A stretch of DNA of 62,953 nucleotides, filler included, from Chiloscyllium plagiosum (Eukaryota), in NCBI RefSeq assembly GCF_004010195.1. It is 3 parts of one record of this genome, joined end to end, with 100 filler letters (N's around TTAATTAATTAA, not from the genome) between each part and the next. Parts side by side here need not be neighbours in the genome. Positions count along the whole stretch, not along the records: positions 30,344 to 56,449 come from NC_057710.1; positions 56,550 to 62,953 come from NC_057710.1; 1 more part is not named here. One strand, 5' to 3'. The number at the start of each line of letters is the position of its first letter. The stretch's first letter is position 1. The notes under the pieces were generated by a model. The model ran no database searches. It saw only the letters and a program-made list of their open reading frames with translations, and was not told the origin of the DNA. The translations under genes were made by a program, and so were the position numbers. Shown here piece after piece: positions 50,530 through 61,726 of the stretch.

Positions 50530-51690
50530 GAATCACATCAATAGTAGTGTAGCTAGGGTTTTAAACTAAATAATTATGGGTGGGTTCAGTTGCATGGAAA
50601 ATTATGGAAAAAGTTAATGAGTTGGGGGAAGGCTGAGAAGAGGTTATTAAGGTTTCTAGGGCAAGTAATAAGACAAACCCTGGAAACGGTCAGGAATCTA
50701 ACTTCAGGAACAGCATATAAGGGGACAGTTATGAGAAGGGAGGTAGTTAATGCAGGATGAAGGGTATTGGACTTAAATGCAAGCAGTATAGCAAACAAAG
50801 TCAATGAGCTTTGGGAGCAGGTTGAACTGGCCAGGTATGAAGTTGTGGGTATCACAGAGATGTGGCTGCAAGGGGATCAGGGCTCGGAACTAAATATCCA
50901 AGGATACATGTCCTATCGAAAGGACAAGCAGATGGGCAGAGGGGGCAGAGTTGACTTGTTACTAAGCAATTCAATTAAATCAATACAGTCAGAAGACGTA
51001 GAATCTGTTTGGATAGAGTTGAGGAACTGCAAAGGGAAAGAAAAACTCTAATGGGAGCTACGTACAGACCTCCTATCAGTAGTCTAGATGTGGGGAAGAA
51101 AATAAAGCAGGAGATAAAAATGCAGATAGAATAGGCACTATTCTAATAATTGCGGGGGGCTTCAATATGCAGGTGGACTAGGAAAAATCAGATTCATTTT
51201 GATTTAAGAAAGGAATTTGTAGAATGTCTACGAGATTTTTTATGATAGAAACCTGGGAGTAGGCAATTCAGGGATTTGGTGATGTGTAACAACAGACTTG
51301 ATTGGGGAGCTTATAATGAAGGAATTCCTTGGGGGCAGTCACCATAATATGACAGAATTCATCCTGTAGTTAGGCAGGGAGAAACTGCAATCAGATGTAA
51401 TGGTATTACTTTCAGTAAAAGTAGCCGCAAAGATGAGGGACAAGCTGGCCAGTTGCTTAAAGGAGAGCACAACAGGGAAATACTGGAACAATGGCAGGGG
51501 TTGAGAGGCACTGCAGGGGAGGATGAGACAATCTCGACCAATAAGGGATATTGTGGATAGCACAAAAGTAAAAGAAAATACATGGAATATGGTGAAGATT
51601 AACAGGAAGCTGAATGATTGGGAAGTCTTTAAAAACTAGCAGAGGATAACTAAAAAGCAATAAGGGGGGAGAAGATGAAATATGAGGGAC
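50530..51690 (+). mobile_element. Old CR1, ORF1 end and ORF2 APE endonuclease region
   Basis: LNASSIANKVNEL...VVGITEMWLQGDQ...IQGYMSYRKD...ESVWIELRN. Confidence 0.8.
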
Positions 51691-53515
51691 TGCAGAAATT
51701 TGCCTAAGATCCTTAGGCAATATCTTCCAGAACCACAATATCAAAGAGTACAGGAACAGCAGATATATGGGTACACCGCCACTTGCCAGTTTCCTATAAG
51801 CCACTCACCATCCTAGTTTGGAAATTAATGATCATGCAGTTTCTCTGGGTCAACTTCTTAGCACTCCCTCACTATTGGCATTGTGAGCCTACCTACAGCA
51901 AATGGACAGTAGTAATTCAAGAAGGAAGCTCACCACCATTTTCTTGAGGACAAATGGGGATGGGCGATATATGCATGCTTTGTCAGAGATGGCCACACCC
52001 CATAAATAATTAAGATAAGTTGGGATTTACTCTCCCTGTATTGCTGAGGTGTATGTGTTCAGGCAGACCAACAGTTCCATCCAATGTATCTTCCCACCTT
52101 ATTTTTTCCCTGTAAATTTGTCAAGGTGAGGGATGACAATGCCAGAAAAATGAATAATTCCTAACCTACTCTGTCCAGTTATTGCCGACTTATAATAATT
52201 TTGTGACTACTTACAATCCCATCACTTTCCTTCCTTGCCACTACTATAAGGTTGTCATGTGCCTGGCTTTGGAGCTAAAGAAGCCTGCAACATTCTGAAA
52301 TTAAGGATGGTGTTCACATCAAGAGAAGTCCAAGAAAAGAATTGAACTCAGTTTTAAATAATACAGCTACAAATGTCCTAAAAACTGAAGGACAGTTACT
52401 TTCTAGATTTATATATGCAAGTTGCAGAAAATAGTGGTGATTAGAATGTCAAAAACAAGTGGAGAGAATGAAAAATACTTCTTTTATCAAAAAAAACTCA
52501 AAGAAAGTTTCCTACTTGTCCTTTGCAGAGAATGTTTGGAATCTATTTCAAATGCTGTTGATGGCTTGTTAAATCACTCAACTTTAAATAGGTGGTTCAG
52601 AGAAGTTTGGAACCGCCAACTGGATACAATAGAATAAGATGCAATGACAGGAGTGAAGTTTCCTCCAGGGAGAAAGGAACAAGCAGTCAGATAATCATTT
52701 AGCCTTGCACTCCTCCCAGCTCATATACTTTCATTTGAGGCAATTGACAGATGCCAAGAAAGAGTTGGATGACTGAGTCTTTGGAAGGGGGTGAGATAAA
52801 TGACTATATGCATTTCAAGACCAAAGAAATGCAAAATTGTTTCTGAAGACAGGACAACAGAGCAAAACCTTTTAGAGAATCCATTGTATGTTTGTGGGGT
52901 TAAACACATGTTTGTGTGTTTAAATATATCTTTCATTTATTATAGTTCACATTTTTGTTAACACCTCAAGGCATAAAATGTAACTGCTTGAAGTACGATG
53001 TAGCTCCCATCTGGAATGGTTACATAAGTGGATGTTCTCATAAATATGGTTTTAAATATTCCTATGTCTGATCACTTATCATGCCATCCCTTGCTCTTAT
53101 ATGTCCTGTCCTTGTCTCTCTATCTGCATGTGCCCCTTTAGTTTGCTCAGTGCTGCCAGTACGAAACAAGCAGTCTGCTACCTAAACATTCAACCCTCAA
53201 TCAAAATGAAAAATCAAAACTATGTCACTGAGCTGACTTTGTATAATGGAATAGATTACCAGTCCGACTGTATTCGACATCATTCTGAGATGTATGCATA
53301 TGTTTCATAAGATTTGCACAGGTAACACACAGTCTTAGATCAATATGATATCCTGATCTAATATGATGAGCTGCTTTCTTAACATAGACTACAGGTTAAA
53401 TCTGTAAACCACTTTGTACCGGGTCAATGTGATATATTTATTGCAACAAATGCTTAAAGACGAGACCTCCTTTCCTCTAAAAGCTGTTGAGAAAGAATCA
53501 GTTGAATATATCATA

Positions 53516-53730
53516 GTTAAAAATCACACAACACCAGGTTATAGTCCAACAGGTTTAATTGGAAGCACACTAGCTTTCGGAGCGACGCTCCTTCATTAGG
53601 TGATTGTCCTGACGAAGGAGCATCACTCCAAAAGCTAGTGTGCTTCCAATTAAACCTGTTGGAATATAACCTGGTGTTGTGTGATTTTTAACTTTGTACA
53701 CCCCAGTCCAACACCGGCATCTCGAAATCA
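53516..53730. mobile_element. Palindromic PLE family B element with two degenerate hammerheads and a 13-bp imperfect TSD
   Basis: Arms mirror about ~53603. tgaatatatcata at 53503-53515 versus tgaatatattata at 53731-53743. Confidence 0.8.
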
Positions 53731-53745
53731 TGAATATATTATAAG

Positions 53746-54025
53746 CATGGTGGCATAGTGGTAAGTAAGACTGCCTTACAGTGCCAGGGACTTGGGTTCA
53801 ATTCCAGCCTTGGGTATCTGTCTGTATGGAGTTTGCATGTCTTCCACTGGTGCTCTAGTTTCCACAGTCCAAAGGTATGTAGGCCATGGGAAATTGCTGA
53901 TAGAGTCCAGAATATGCAGGTTAGGTTCATGAGCCATGCAAAATATGGGGTTATGGTGGGGGTGGGGATGTTCTTTGGAGAGCCGGTGTGCGTTGAATGG
54001 CCTCTTTCTGCATTGCAGGAATTAA
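53746..54025 (+). mobile_element. Degenerate HE1-type SINE
   Basis: catggtggcatagtggtaag...gggttcaattccagccttggg...gaatggcctctttctgc. Confidence 0.7.
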
Positions 54026-54289
54026 ATGAAGTAAAGTTGGGATTTTGTTTACACAGGGTAATGTAGGATTAAAGACACAGAAACAGGTCATTCAGTCATG
54101 TTGATGTTTATATACTGAAGCCACCGCTCACCTTTCTGCATTCAAATCCACCATTGGAACCCTCAATTTGCTCACGCAAAAAATTGTCTAACTTCATCTT
54201 AAATTCATCAAACCGTTAGGTTTCATTACTCCCTTTGGTAATAGGTTCCCCTTCTCACCATCTTTGTTTGCATGTAGCCGTAGGGTCGT

Positions 54290-56185
54290 AGATTCATAGA
54301 GATGTACAGCATGGAAACAGACCCTTCAGTCCAACCTGTCCATGCCGACCAGATATTCCAACCCAATCTAGTCCCGCCTGCCAGCACCAGGCCCATATCC
54401 CTCCAAATCCTTCCTATTCATATACCCATCCAAATGTCTCTTAAATGTTGCAATTGTACCAGCTGCCATCACTTCCTCTGGCAGCTCACTCCATTCTCTC
54501 TGTGCAAAGGTTGCCCCATAGGTCTCTTTTATATCTTTCCCCTCTCACCCGAAACCTATGCCCTCTAGTTCTGGACTCCCCAACCCCAGGGAAAAGACTT
54601 TGCCTATTTACCCTATCTATGCCCCTCATAATTTTGTAAATTTCTATAAGGTCACCCCTCAGCCTCCGACGCTCCAGGGAAAATAGCCCCAGCCTGTTCA
54701 GCCTCTCCCTATAGCTCAAATCCTCCAACCCTGGCAACATCCTTGTAAATCTTTTCTGAACCATTTCAAGTTTCACAATATCTTTCTGATAGGAAGGAGA
54801 CCAGAATTACATGCAATATTCCAACAGTGGCCTAACCAATATCCTGTAAAGCCGTAACATGACCTCCCAACTCCTGTATTCCTGACCAATAGAGGAAAGC
54901 ATACCATACGCCTTCTTCATTATCCTATCTACCTGCGACTCCACTTTCAAGGAGCTATGAACCTGCATTCCAAGGTCTCTTTGTTCAGCAACACTCCCTA
55001 GGACTTTACCATTAAGTGTATAAGTCCTGCTAAGATTTGCTTTCCCAAAAATGCAGCACCTTGCATTTATCTGAATTAAACTCCATGTGCCACTTCTCAG
55101 CCCATTGGCCCATCTGGTCAAGATCCTGTTGTAATCTGAGGTACCCTCTTTGCTGTCCACGACATCTCCAATTTTTGTATCATCTGCAAACTTACTAACT
55201 GTACCTCTTATGCTCGCATCCAAATCATTTATGTAAATTACAAAAAGGAGAGGATCCAGCACCGATCTTTGTGGCACTCCACTGGTCACAGGCCTCCAGT
55301 CTGNNNNNNNNNNNNNNNNNNNNNTGTACCTCTTATGCTCGCATTCAAATCATTTATGTAAATGACAAAAAGGAGAGGATCCAGCACCGATCTTTGTGGC
55401 ACTCCACCGGTCACAGGCCTCCAGCCTGAAAAATAACCCTCCACCACCACCTTCTGTCTTCTACCTTTGAGTTAGTTATGTATCCAAATGGCTCGTTCTC
55501 CCTGTATTCCGTTTGATCTAACCTTGCTAACCAGTCTCCCATGGGGAACCATGTCGAACGCCTTACTGAAGTCCGTATAGATCACATCTGCCACTCTGCC
55601 CTCAGCAATACTCTTTGTTACTTCCTCAAAATCTCAATCAAATTTGTGAGACATGATTTCCCACGCACAAAGCCATGTTGAGTGTCCCTAATCAGTCCTT
55701 GCCTTTCCAAATACATGAACATCCTGTCCCTCAGGATTCCGGCAAACAACTTGCCCACCACCAATGTCACGCTCACTGGTCTATAGTTCCCTGGCTTGGC
55801 CTTACCACCTTCTTAAACAGTGGCACCACGTTAGCCACCCTCCAGTCTTCCGGCACTTCACCTGTGACTATCGATGATACAAATATCTCAGTAAGAGGCC
55901 CAGCAATCACTTCTGTAGCTTCCCTCAGAGTTCTCGGGTATACTTGATCAGGTCCTGGGGATTTATCCACTTTTATGCGTTTCAAGACATCCAGCACTTC
56001 CTCCTCTGTAATATGGACATTTTGCAAGATGTCACCATCTATTTCCCTACAGTCTATATCTTCCATATCCTTTTCCACAGTAAATACTGATGCAAAATAT
56101 TCATTTAGTATCTCCCCCATGTTCTGCGGCCCCACACAAAGGCCACCTTGCTGATCTTTGAGGTGCCCTATTCTCTCCCTAGTTA
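54290..56185 (-). mobile_element. CR1/HER1 LINE, 5'-truncated
   Basis: VDKSPGPDQVYPRTL, PEDWRVANVVPLFKK, KFADDTK, LFSLERRRLRGDLIEIYK. Confidence 0.95.
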
Positions 56186-56449
56186 GGAGAAAGTGAGGTC
56201 TGCAGATGCTGGAGATCAAAGTTGAAACTTTATTGCTGGAACAGCACAGCAGGTCAGGCAGCATCCAGGGAACAGGAGATTTGACGTTTCGGGCACAGGC
56301 CCTTCTTCAGGAATGAGCAGAGAGTGTTCAGCAGGAGAAGATAAAAGGTAGGGAGGAGGGACATGGAGGAGGGGCGTTGGAAATGTGATAGGTGGAAAGA
56401 GGTAAAGGTGAGGGTGATAGGTCAGACTGGGGTGGGGGCGGAGAGGTCG
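56186..56449 (-). mobile_element. PLE family A terminal repeat
   Basis: Contains the hammerhead at 56279-56314 and matches 1-63 and 19198-19270. Confidence 0.8.
56279..56314 (-). ncRNA. Minimal type I hammerhead ribozyme, family A
   Basis: Minus strand reads auuc CUGAAGA A GGGC cugu GCCC GAAA CGU C aaau. The first stem I pair is mismatched. Confidence 0.65.
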
Positions 56450-56549
56450 NNNNNNNNNNNNNNNNNNNNNNNNNNNNNNNNNNNNNNNNNNNNTTAATTA
56501 ATTAANNNNNNNNNNNNNNNNNNNNNNNNNNNNNNNNNNNNNNNNNNNN
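56450..56549. other. Synthetic contig join (44 N + TTAATTAATTAA + 44 N)
   Basis: Identical construct to 30244-30343. Confidence 0.85.
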
Positions 56550-56889
56550 ATCAAGTTACCAAACTTGAGAAACGGTTAGATTGAGTCAATTAGTTAACTC
56601 CATTCATTTCTATTTGATATTCTTATGGTTTGTAAGTAAGGTGTTCTTTTCATGAAACAACATTTTCATTCAATTGATTTCCCCCCCCCCCCAAAAAAAA
56701 ACTCCAAATGTAACACTGAAGCTTTGTGCAAATTCATTTTTTCTGCTTCAGTCTGAATACTGACACAATTACTATCGACACTCCGGAGGCAACAGTGGAA
56801 TGCTTTAACTTCATGTTTGAAATTATTGTATCGAAACATAAATCTATCTTTTCATTCTTTTAACCAAGTAATGAGAAATAAAGTCAATA

Positions 56890-57042
56890 CGTGTGGCACT
56901 GGAAGAGCTCAGCAGGGCAGGCAGCATGAGAGAAGCAGGAGAGTCGACCTTTCAGGCATAAACCCTTCATCAGGAATGACCTGTTTGTTTTCCAGCGCCA
57001 CACCTTTCGACTCTGATCTACAACATGCACAGTTCTCACTTT
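56890..57042. mobile_element. Short PLE-derived element with a degenerate minus-strand hammerhead (~56943-56977)
   Basis: Reverse complement reads attcCTGATGAagggtttatgcctGAAAggtcgac. Ends resemble 5521-5729. Confidence 0.6.
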
Positions 57043-57847
57043 CGCTTTATGATAAATGTAATCTGCTAAAACCTCCAACTATGCGAACTTTAAGAAGCAT
57101 TACTAATAACACTTTAGGGATAGACGTGCAGATCATATCAATGCAACATAATCTAGGAAGAGGGGACGAATAAAAACAGGCGAGTAAAATGTCTCATTTT
57201 CAATTTTACTTCTCTCTTTCACTACCAAGGATGTGTAGAACGTTTGGAAGCTGTTAATTTACAGCAAAAAAAACCCTCCCGTTTACTGTTGAGATGGATA
57301 TTATCAACTTCATCTGAATTCATTTTCTTATTTTCGATGAATATTAAACCAATCCTTTTCTCTATACCTTGGCCATTGTCAGTTCATTCCAAAACCTGAA
57401 CTTGCAGTTTTCTCTTATTGCATCAGATTACTGATTACATATCATAATAGGTCTCTGTATAGTTTGTGAAGATTCTTTGAATGCATGAATCAGGTAGCTT
57501 ATTAAGTATGTATTATAGTGTAAAGAATGATCAGAAATTGGTGACTCTATACCACTGAAACATGCATATCTATTAAATTATTTAAGCATTATTAATCTAT
57601 TACTTAATACTTTTAGAATCAAGAGCCTAGTCTTTTTTTTGAGTGTAGGGATTAAAATGTATTTCAGACGGTTGATCACGCAAATTGACTCTTTTAATGA
57701 CTTCGACTCTTTAAGCGAGGAACCATCTGATGTAATCCTACTCCTTCAGCAGTAGATGGAAATACGCCTTGGGGTAAAGTGTTTGTTCAAAACACTGACA
57801 CTGATGTCAATCATTATGTAATGCTCGTGTCGTCAGGTGAGGTGAAG

Positions 57848-57853
57848 TATAAA
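57848..57853 (+). promoter_or_regulatory. Possible TATA box for the GPCR gene
   Basis: TATAAA about 70 nt upstream of the ATG. Weak evidence in AT-rich DNA. Confidence 0.25.
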
Positions 57854-57920
57854 GGTAAGCTTAGTTTTATAACAATATATTTTGTTAGAACGCAAAATAT
57901 ATTAACATTTCTATATGAAC

Positions 57921-57990
57921 ATGGCTCAACCAGCAATCATACTGGTGGAAAATATTTACTACCCTATCCTTGCAGTAGTTGGTATTCCTG
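57921..57990 (+). CDS. First coding exon of a GPR139-like class A GPCR (partial; an in-frame ATG also at 57915)
   Basis: Translates MAQPAIILVENIYYPILAVVGIP, then a phase-1 canonical donor G|GTAAGC. Matches the YY...L...G.P TM1 start and intron position of GPR139/GPR142-family genes. Too short for the ORF track. Confidence 0.75.
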
Positions 57991-58021
57991 GTAAGCATTT
58001 TATAATCATTTAAAATTTATG

Positions 58022-58300
58022 TCCCCATGACTGTCCCCATGACTTGTCGTACCTGCTTATTTTCTTTTCCACCTATCCACTCCACCCTCACCCCCGACCT
58101 ATCACCTTCATCCCCTCCCCCACTCACATGTTGTACTCTGTGCTACTTTCTCCCCACCTTCACCCTCCTCTCACTTATCTCTCCACCATTCAGGCTCTCT
58201 GACTGTATTCCTGATGAAGGGCTTTTGCCCGAAACGTCGATTTTACTGCTCCTCGGATGCTGCCTGAACTGCTGTGCTCTTCCAGCACTATTAATCCAGA
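58022..58300 (+). mobile_element. PLE family A terminal repeat inserted in GPCR intron 1
   Basis: Similar to 30344-30470 and to the reverse complement of 56260-56449. Confidence 0.85.
58207..58242 (+). ncRNA. Minimal type I hammerhead ribozyme, family A, intact core
   Basis: auuc CUGAUGA A GGGC uuuu GCCC GAAA CGU C gauu, with predicted cleavage after C58238. Confidence 0.7.
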
Positions 58301-60021
58301 AGTTAAAATTTATGGTCAACTCTGTTGAGCTGGAGTACTTTTCCTTCCTCGATGATATGTTCTGTTTGCCTGGATGCGGTTGATGTTAATTACCATCATA
58401 AGTCAAATAGGAAGAACACCCTGTATGTTGCAAATTCTGGATATAATGATTTGCCTGGAAACTCAGTTTCTCCTTCCTTAAAAAAAAGATATACAGTCCC
58501 TTAGTTTCATTTGTAGATTGCTTTTGGATTTTTGGAAGCAAACACTGCGATGATTAGAATTTTGATGTAGAATTCGAAGATACTGGAACCATTCACGAAT
58601 TCATCCCGTGTCTGTGGAGAAAGACAAATCAAATAATTTTATGGACAAATTTTATGAATGTTGATTAACTAAAAAAATCCGATTTACTTTGCCAAACTAT
58701 TTATAAAACAATAAAACAATTTCCGTCATAAAAAAAACAGGTTATTGTGTTGGAATCGTATATTTCTTTGTTATTCATGAGGTCAGCTAGATTCGATTGG
58801 ATGCATTCTTAACATTTCCTTCAGCGTATGCTTATGGAAATCAGTTCCACATTTTGAATATGCTTTGTTTAATAACATTTCCTTTGAATTCACGAACAAG
58901 TGGTGTATTGTTTTTCCATTTTTGACAACTGCAATTGGATACACGTTATATATGTGCATCTGAGAGGTGATTTTATGATCTCTTGAACTGTCTCCACTCT
59001 TCTCTCTTCGATTTGGATTTCCAATGGGAAAGAACCCTATTGATGGATACAGTCTGTTAATTCAGTTTCGCTCTCCAAATAGCATTAATTTGTGCAATGC
59101 CTCTTTTATTTTACAATATTAATGAGACAACTGCTGTTCGCAGTTTTCTAAGATTGGTTTTATAAAATATCATGTTACTTTGATACAAAACGTTGATTTA
59201 AAGTTTAAATCTATAGACATGCATTATAGACATGAAACCTTGGGAGTTCTTGCGATTTTGTTATGCAAAACAAAATCGCCTTCTTAGCGTGTAGCTTCTT
59301 TGATGAACTCTGCTTCCATTCGCCTATGTCCACTTGTTCTACACACTGTTTCGACATTTAATTGCTAAAAGGCGCATTACGATTTTATTTTTTCTGATAA
59401 AATGCACTGTGTCACGCACACCTGTATGGAAGTTCTGTTTTCCTACCCATTCTACAACTTTATTAAAATAATCTTTCGATTTCCTTCATTTATGAGAAAA
59501 CCCTGCAAATTTAGCAGCTTANNNNNNNNNNNNNNNNNNNNNNNNNNNNNNNNNNNNNNNNNNNNNNNNNNNNNNNNNNNNNNNNNNNNNNNNNNNNNNN
59601 NNNNNNNNNNNNNNNNNNNNNNNNNNNNNNNNNNNNNNNNNNNNNNNNNNNNNNNNNNNNNNNNNNNNNNNNNNNNNNNNNNNNNNNNNNNNNNNNNNNN
59701 NNNNNNNNNNNNNNNNNNNNNNNNNNNNNNNNNNNNNNNNNNNNNNNNNNNNNNNNNNNNNNNNNNNNNNNNNNNNNNNNNNNNNNNNNNNNNNNNNNNN
59801 NNNNNNNNNNNNNNNNNNNNNNNNNNNNNNNNNNNNNNNNNNNNNNNNNNNNNNNNNNNNNNNNNNNNNNNNNNNNNNNNNNNNNNNNNNNNNNNNNNNN
59901 NNNNNNNNNNNNNNNNNNNNNNNNNNNNNNNNNNNNNNNNNNNNNNNNNNNNNNNNNNNNNNNNNNNNNNNNNNNNNNNNNNNNNNNNNNNNNNNNNNNN
60001 NNNNNNNNNNNNNNNNNNNNN

Positions 60022-60665
60022 ATTTAAGGAGTGAGCTGCCTATGTTTGAGACTGTCTGTGCTACAATGGTCAGACAGATTCTAATCTAAAACAAATTGAT
60101 TTACAGAATCTCACATGGATTCATGCAGTGTTTGAATAGAATAAAATGTAATTCTGCAAGTACAAATTTGTGAATTTGTACTTGCAAAATTGCATTTTAT
60201 TTTGCTCAAAAACTGTAGGAATCCATGTAAGATTCTATAAATCCATTTTTTAGATTAGAATCAGTCTGACCATTGTGGCACAGACAGTCTCACACATGGG
60301 CAGCTCACTCCTTAAATGCATTATCTGGGCCGACATGACACCAACTGTTCAAGTTCATTTGAGAATGTAACTTTTAAATGTTCTGCAATTTACATATGAA
60401 AGGACTGAAACCAACATGTTCATTCTAAAAGATGAGAGACTTAACAAACAACCCAGGTCTTCTTCAATATATAATTTCAGTTGCATCACACTGTAAACAT
60501 TTGCCATAGATTCTGTGTCTTATGATCTTATAGTCCACAACCACCTGATGAAGGAGCAGTGCTCCGAAAGCTAGTGCTTCCAATTAAACCTGTTGGACTA
60601 TAACCTGGTGTTGTGTGATTTTTAGCTTTGTACACTCCAGTTCAACTCCAGCATCTCCAAATCAT
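60022..60665 (+). mobile_element. Longer PLE family B element with an inverted left part running into a gap
   Basis: Hairpin at 60022-60317. The right part ends with the same terminus as 22461-22778 (aacctggtgttgtgtgattttt...gcatctccaaat). Confidence 0.8.
60542..60576 (+). ncRNA. Minimal type I hammerhead ribozyme, family B, intact core
   Basis: cac CUGAUGA A GGAGC agu GCUCC GAAA GCU A gug. Confidence 0.75.
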
Positions 60666-60879
60666 GATAACCTATTTTTGTTTTTCTCCACTGAAAATGT
60701 ATTAATCTGCGTTTGTTTTAAACATACAATGGAAATGTTTGAAGAAGACTACAACATTCTATTATGTTCTAGCTAAATGAAATGTTTTTTAACAAAATAT
60801 AGCAGTTAATTTTCAAGCAGCGCAGTAAATAGGGCTGAGTCAGCTTTTTAAAGGGGAGGTCATGGTTGACAAATCAAGC

Positions 60880-61640
60880 AAATTAGACAAAGGGCCAGTG
60901 GACATGGTCTATTTGTATTTCCAGACGGCCTTTGACAAGGTGTTGCATAGGAGGCTGCAAAATAGGAGTTTGTGGTGTTAATGTTAGGCACTGGTATGGA
61001 TAGAGGATTGTCTGACTCACAGAACGCAGAGAGTAAGGATGAAAGTGTCTTTTTTCAGGATGGTAGCTGGTAACTAGTAGAGTTCCACAGAGGTTAGTAT
61101 TGGGACCACAACTATTCACATTACATACTAACAATCTGGATGAAGGGAATGAGAGGATGATTGCTACATTTGCAGAAGACACAAAGATAGATGGAGGGAC
61201 AGTAGTATTGAGGAAGTGGGGAGGCTGCAGAAGGACTTTGATATACTAGGAGAGTGGGGAAAGATGTTTCAAATGGAATACAATGTAGGAAAGTGTGAGA
61301 ATATGCACTTTGGTAGGAAGAAGAGGCATAGGCTATTTTCTAAATGAGGAAATACTTTGGAAATCTAAAGCACAAAGGGACTTAGGAGTTCCAAGGTTAC
61401 TATTAAGGTTCAGTTGACAGTTTGGAAGGTAAATGCAATGTTAGCATTCATTTCAAGAGGACTATTGTACAAGAGCAGGGATGTACTGCTGAGGGTGCAT
61501 AACACTCTGGTCAGACCGCATTTGGAATGTTGTGAGCAGTTTTGAGTCCTGTGTGTAAGGAAGGATATGCTGGCCTTGGAACAGCTACTGAACAGGTTCA
61601 CAAGCGTGATCCCAGGAAAGAAGGGCTTGTCATATTAGAT
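60880..61640 (+). mobile_element. Old CR1 RT fragment
   Basis: FQTAFDKV, VTSRVPQRLVLGPQLF, FAEDTK and LVRPHLECC remnants. Confidence 0.75.
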
Positions 61641-61643
61641 GCA

Positions 61644-61726
61644 AAGTCAGAAGTCACATAACACCAGGTTATAGTCCGACAGGTTTATTTGAAATCACAA
61701 GCTTTCGGAGCACTGCCCTTTTATCA
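61644..61726 (-). mobile_element. PLE family B fragment truncated by the adjacent CR1
   Basis: aacaccaggttatagtccgacaggtttatttgaaatcacaagctttcggagcactgcc. Confidence 0.7.

Noticed and set aside
55199..55430. Duplicated CR1 segment on both sides of a small gap
   Set aside because: Typical unmerged contig overlap or paralogue mis-join
57779..57994. 71-aa ORF overlapping the GPCR exon
   Set aside because: Wrong frame. The GPCR-like peptide is in a different frame starting at 57915/57921.
59402..60034. 210-aa ORF
   Set aside because: Mostly X residues from the ~500-N gap
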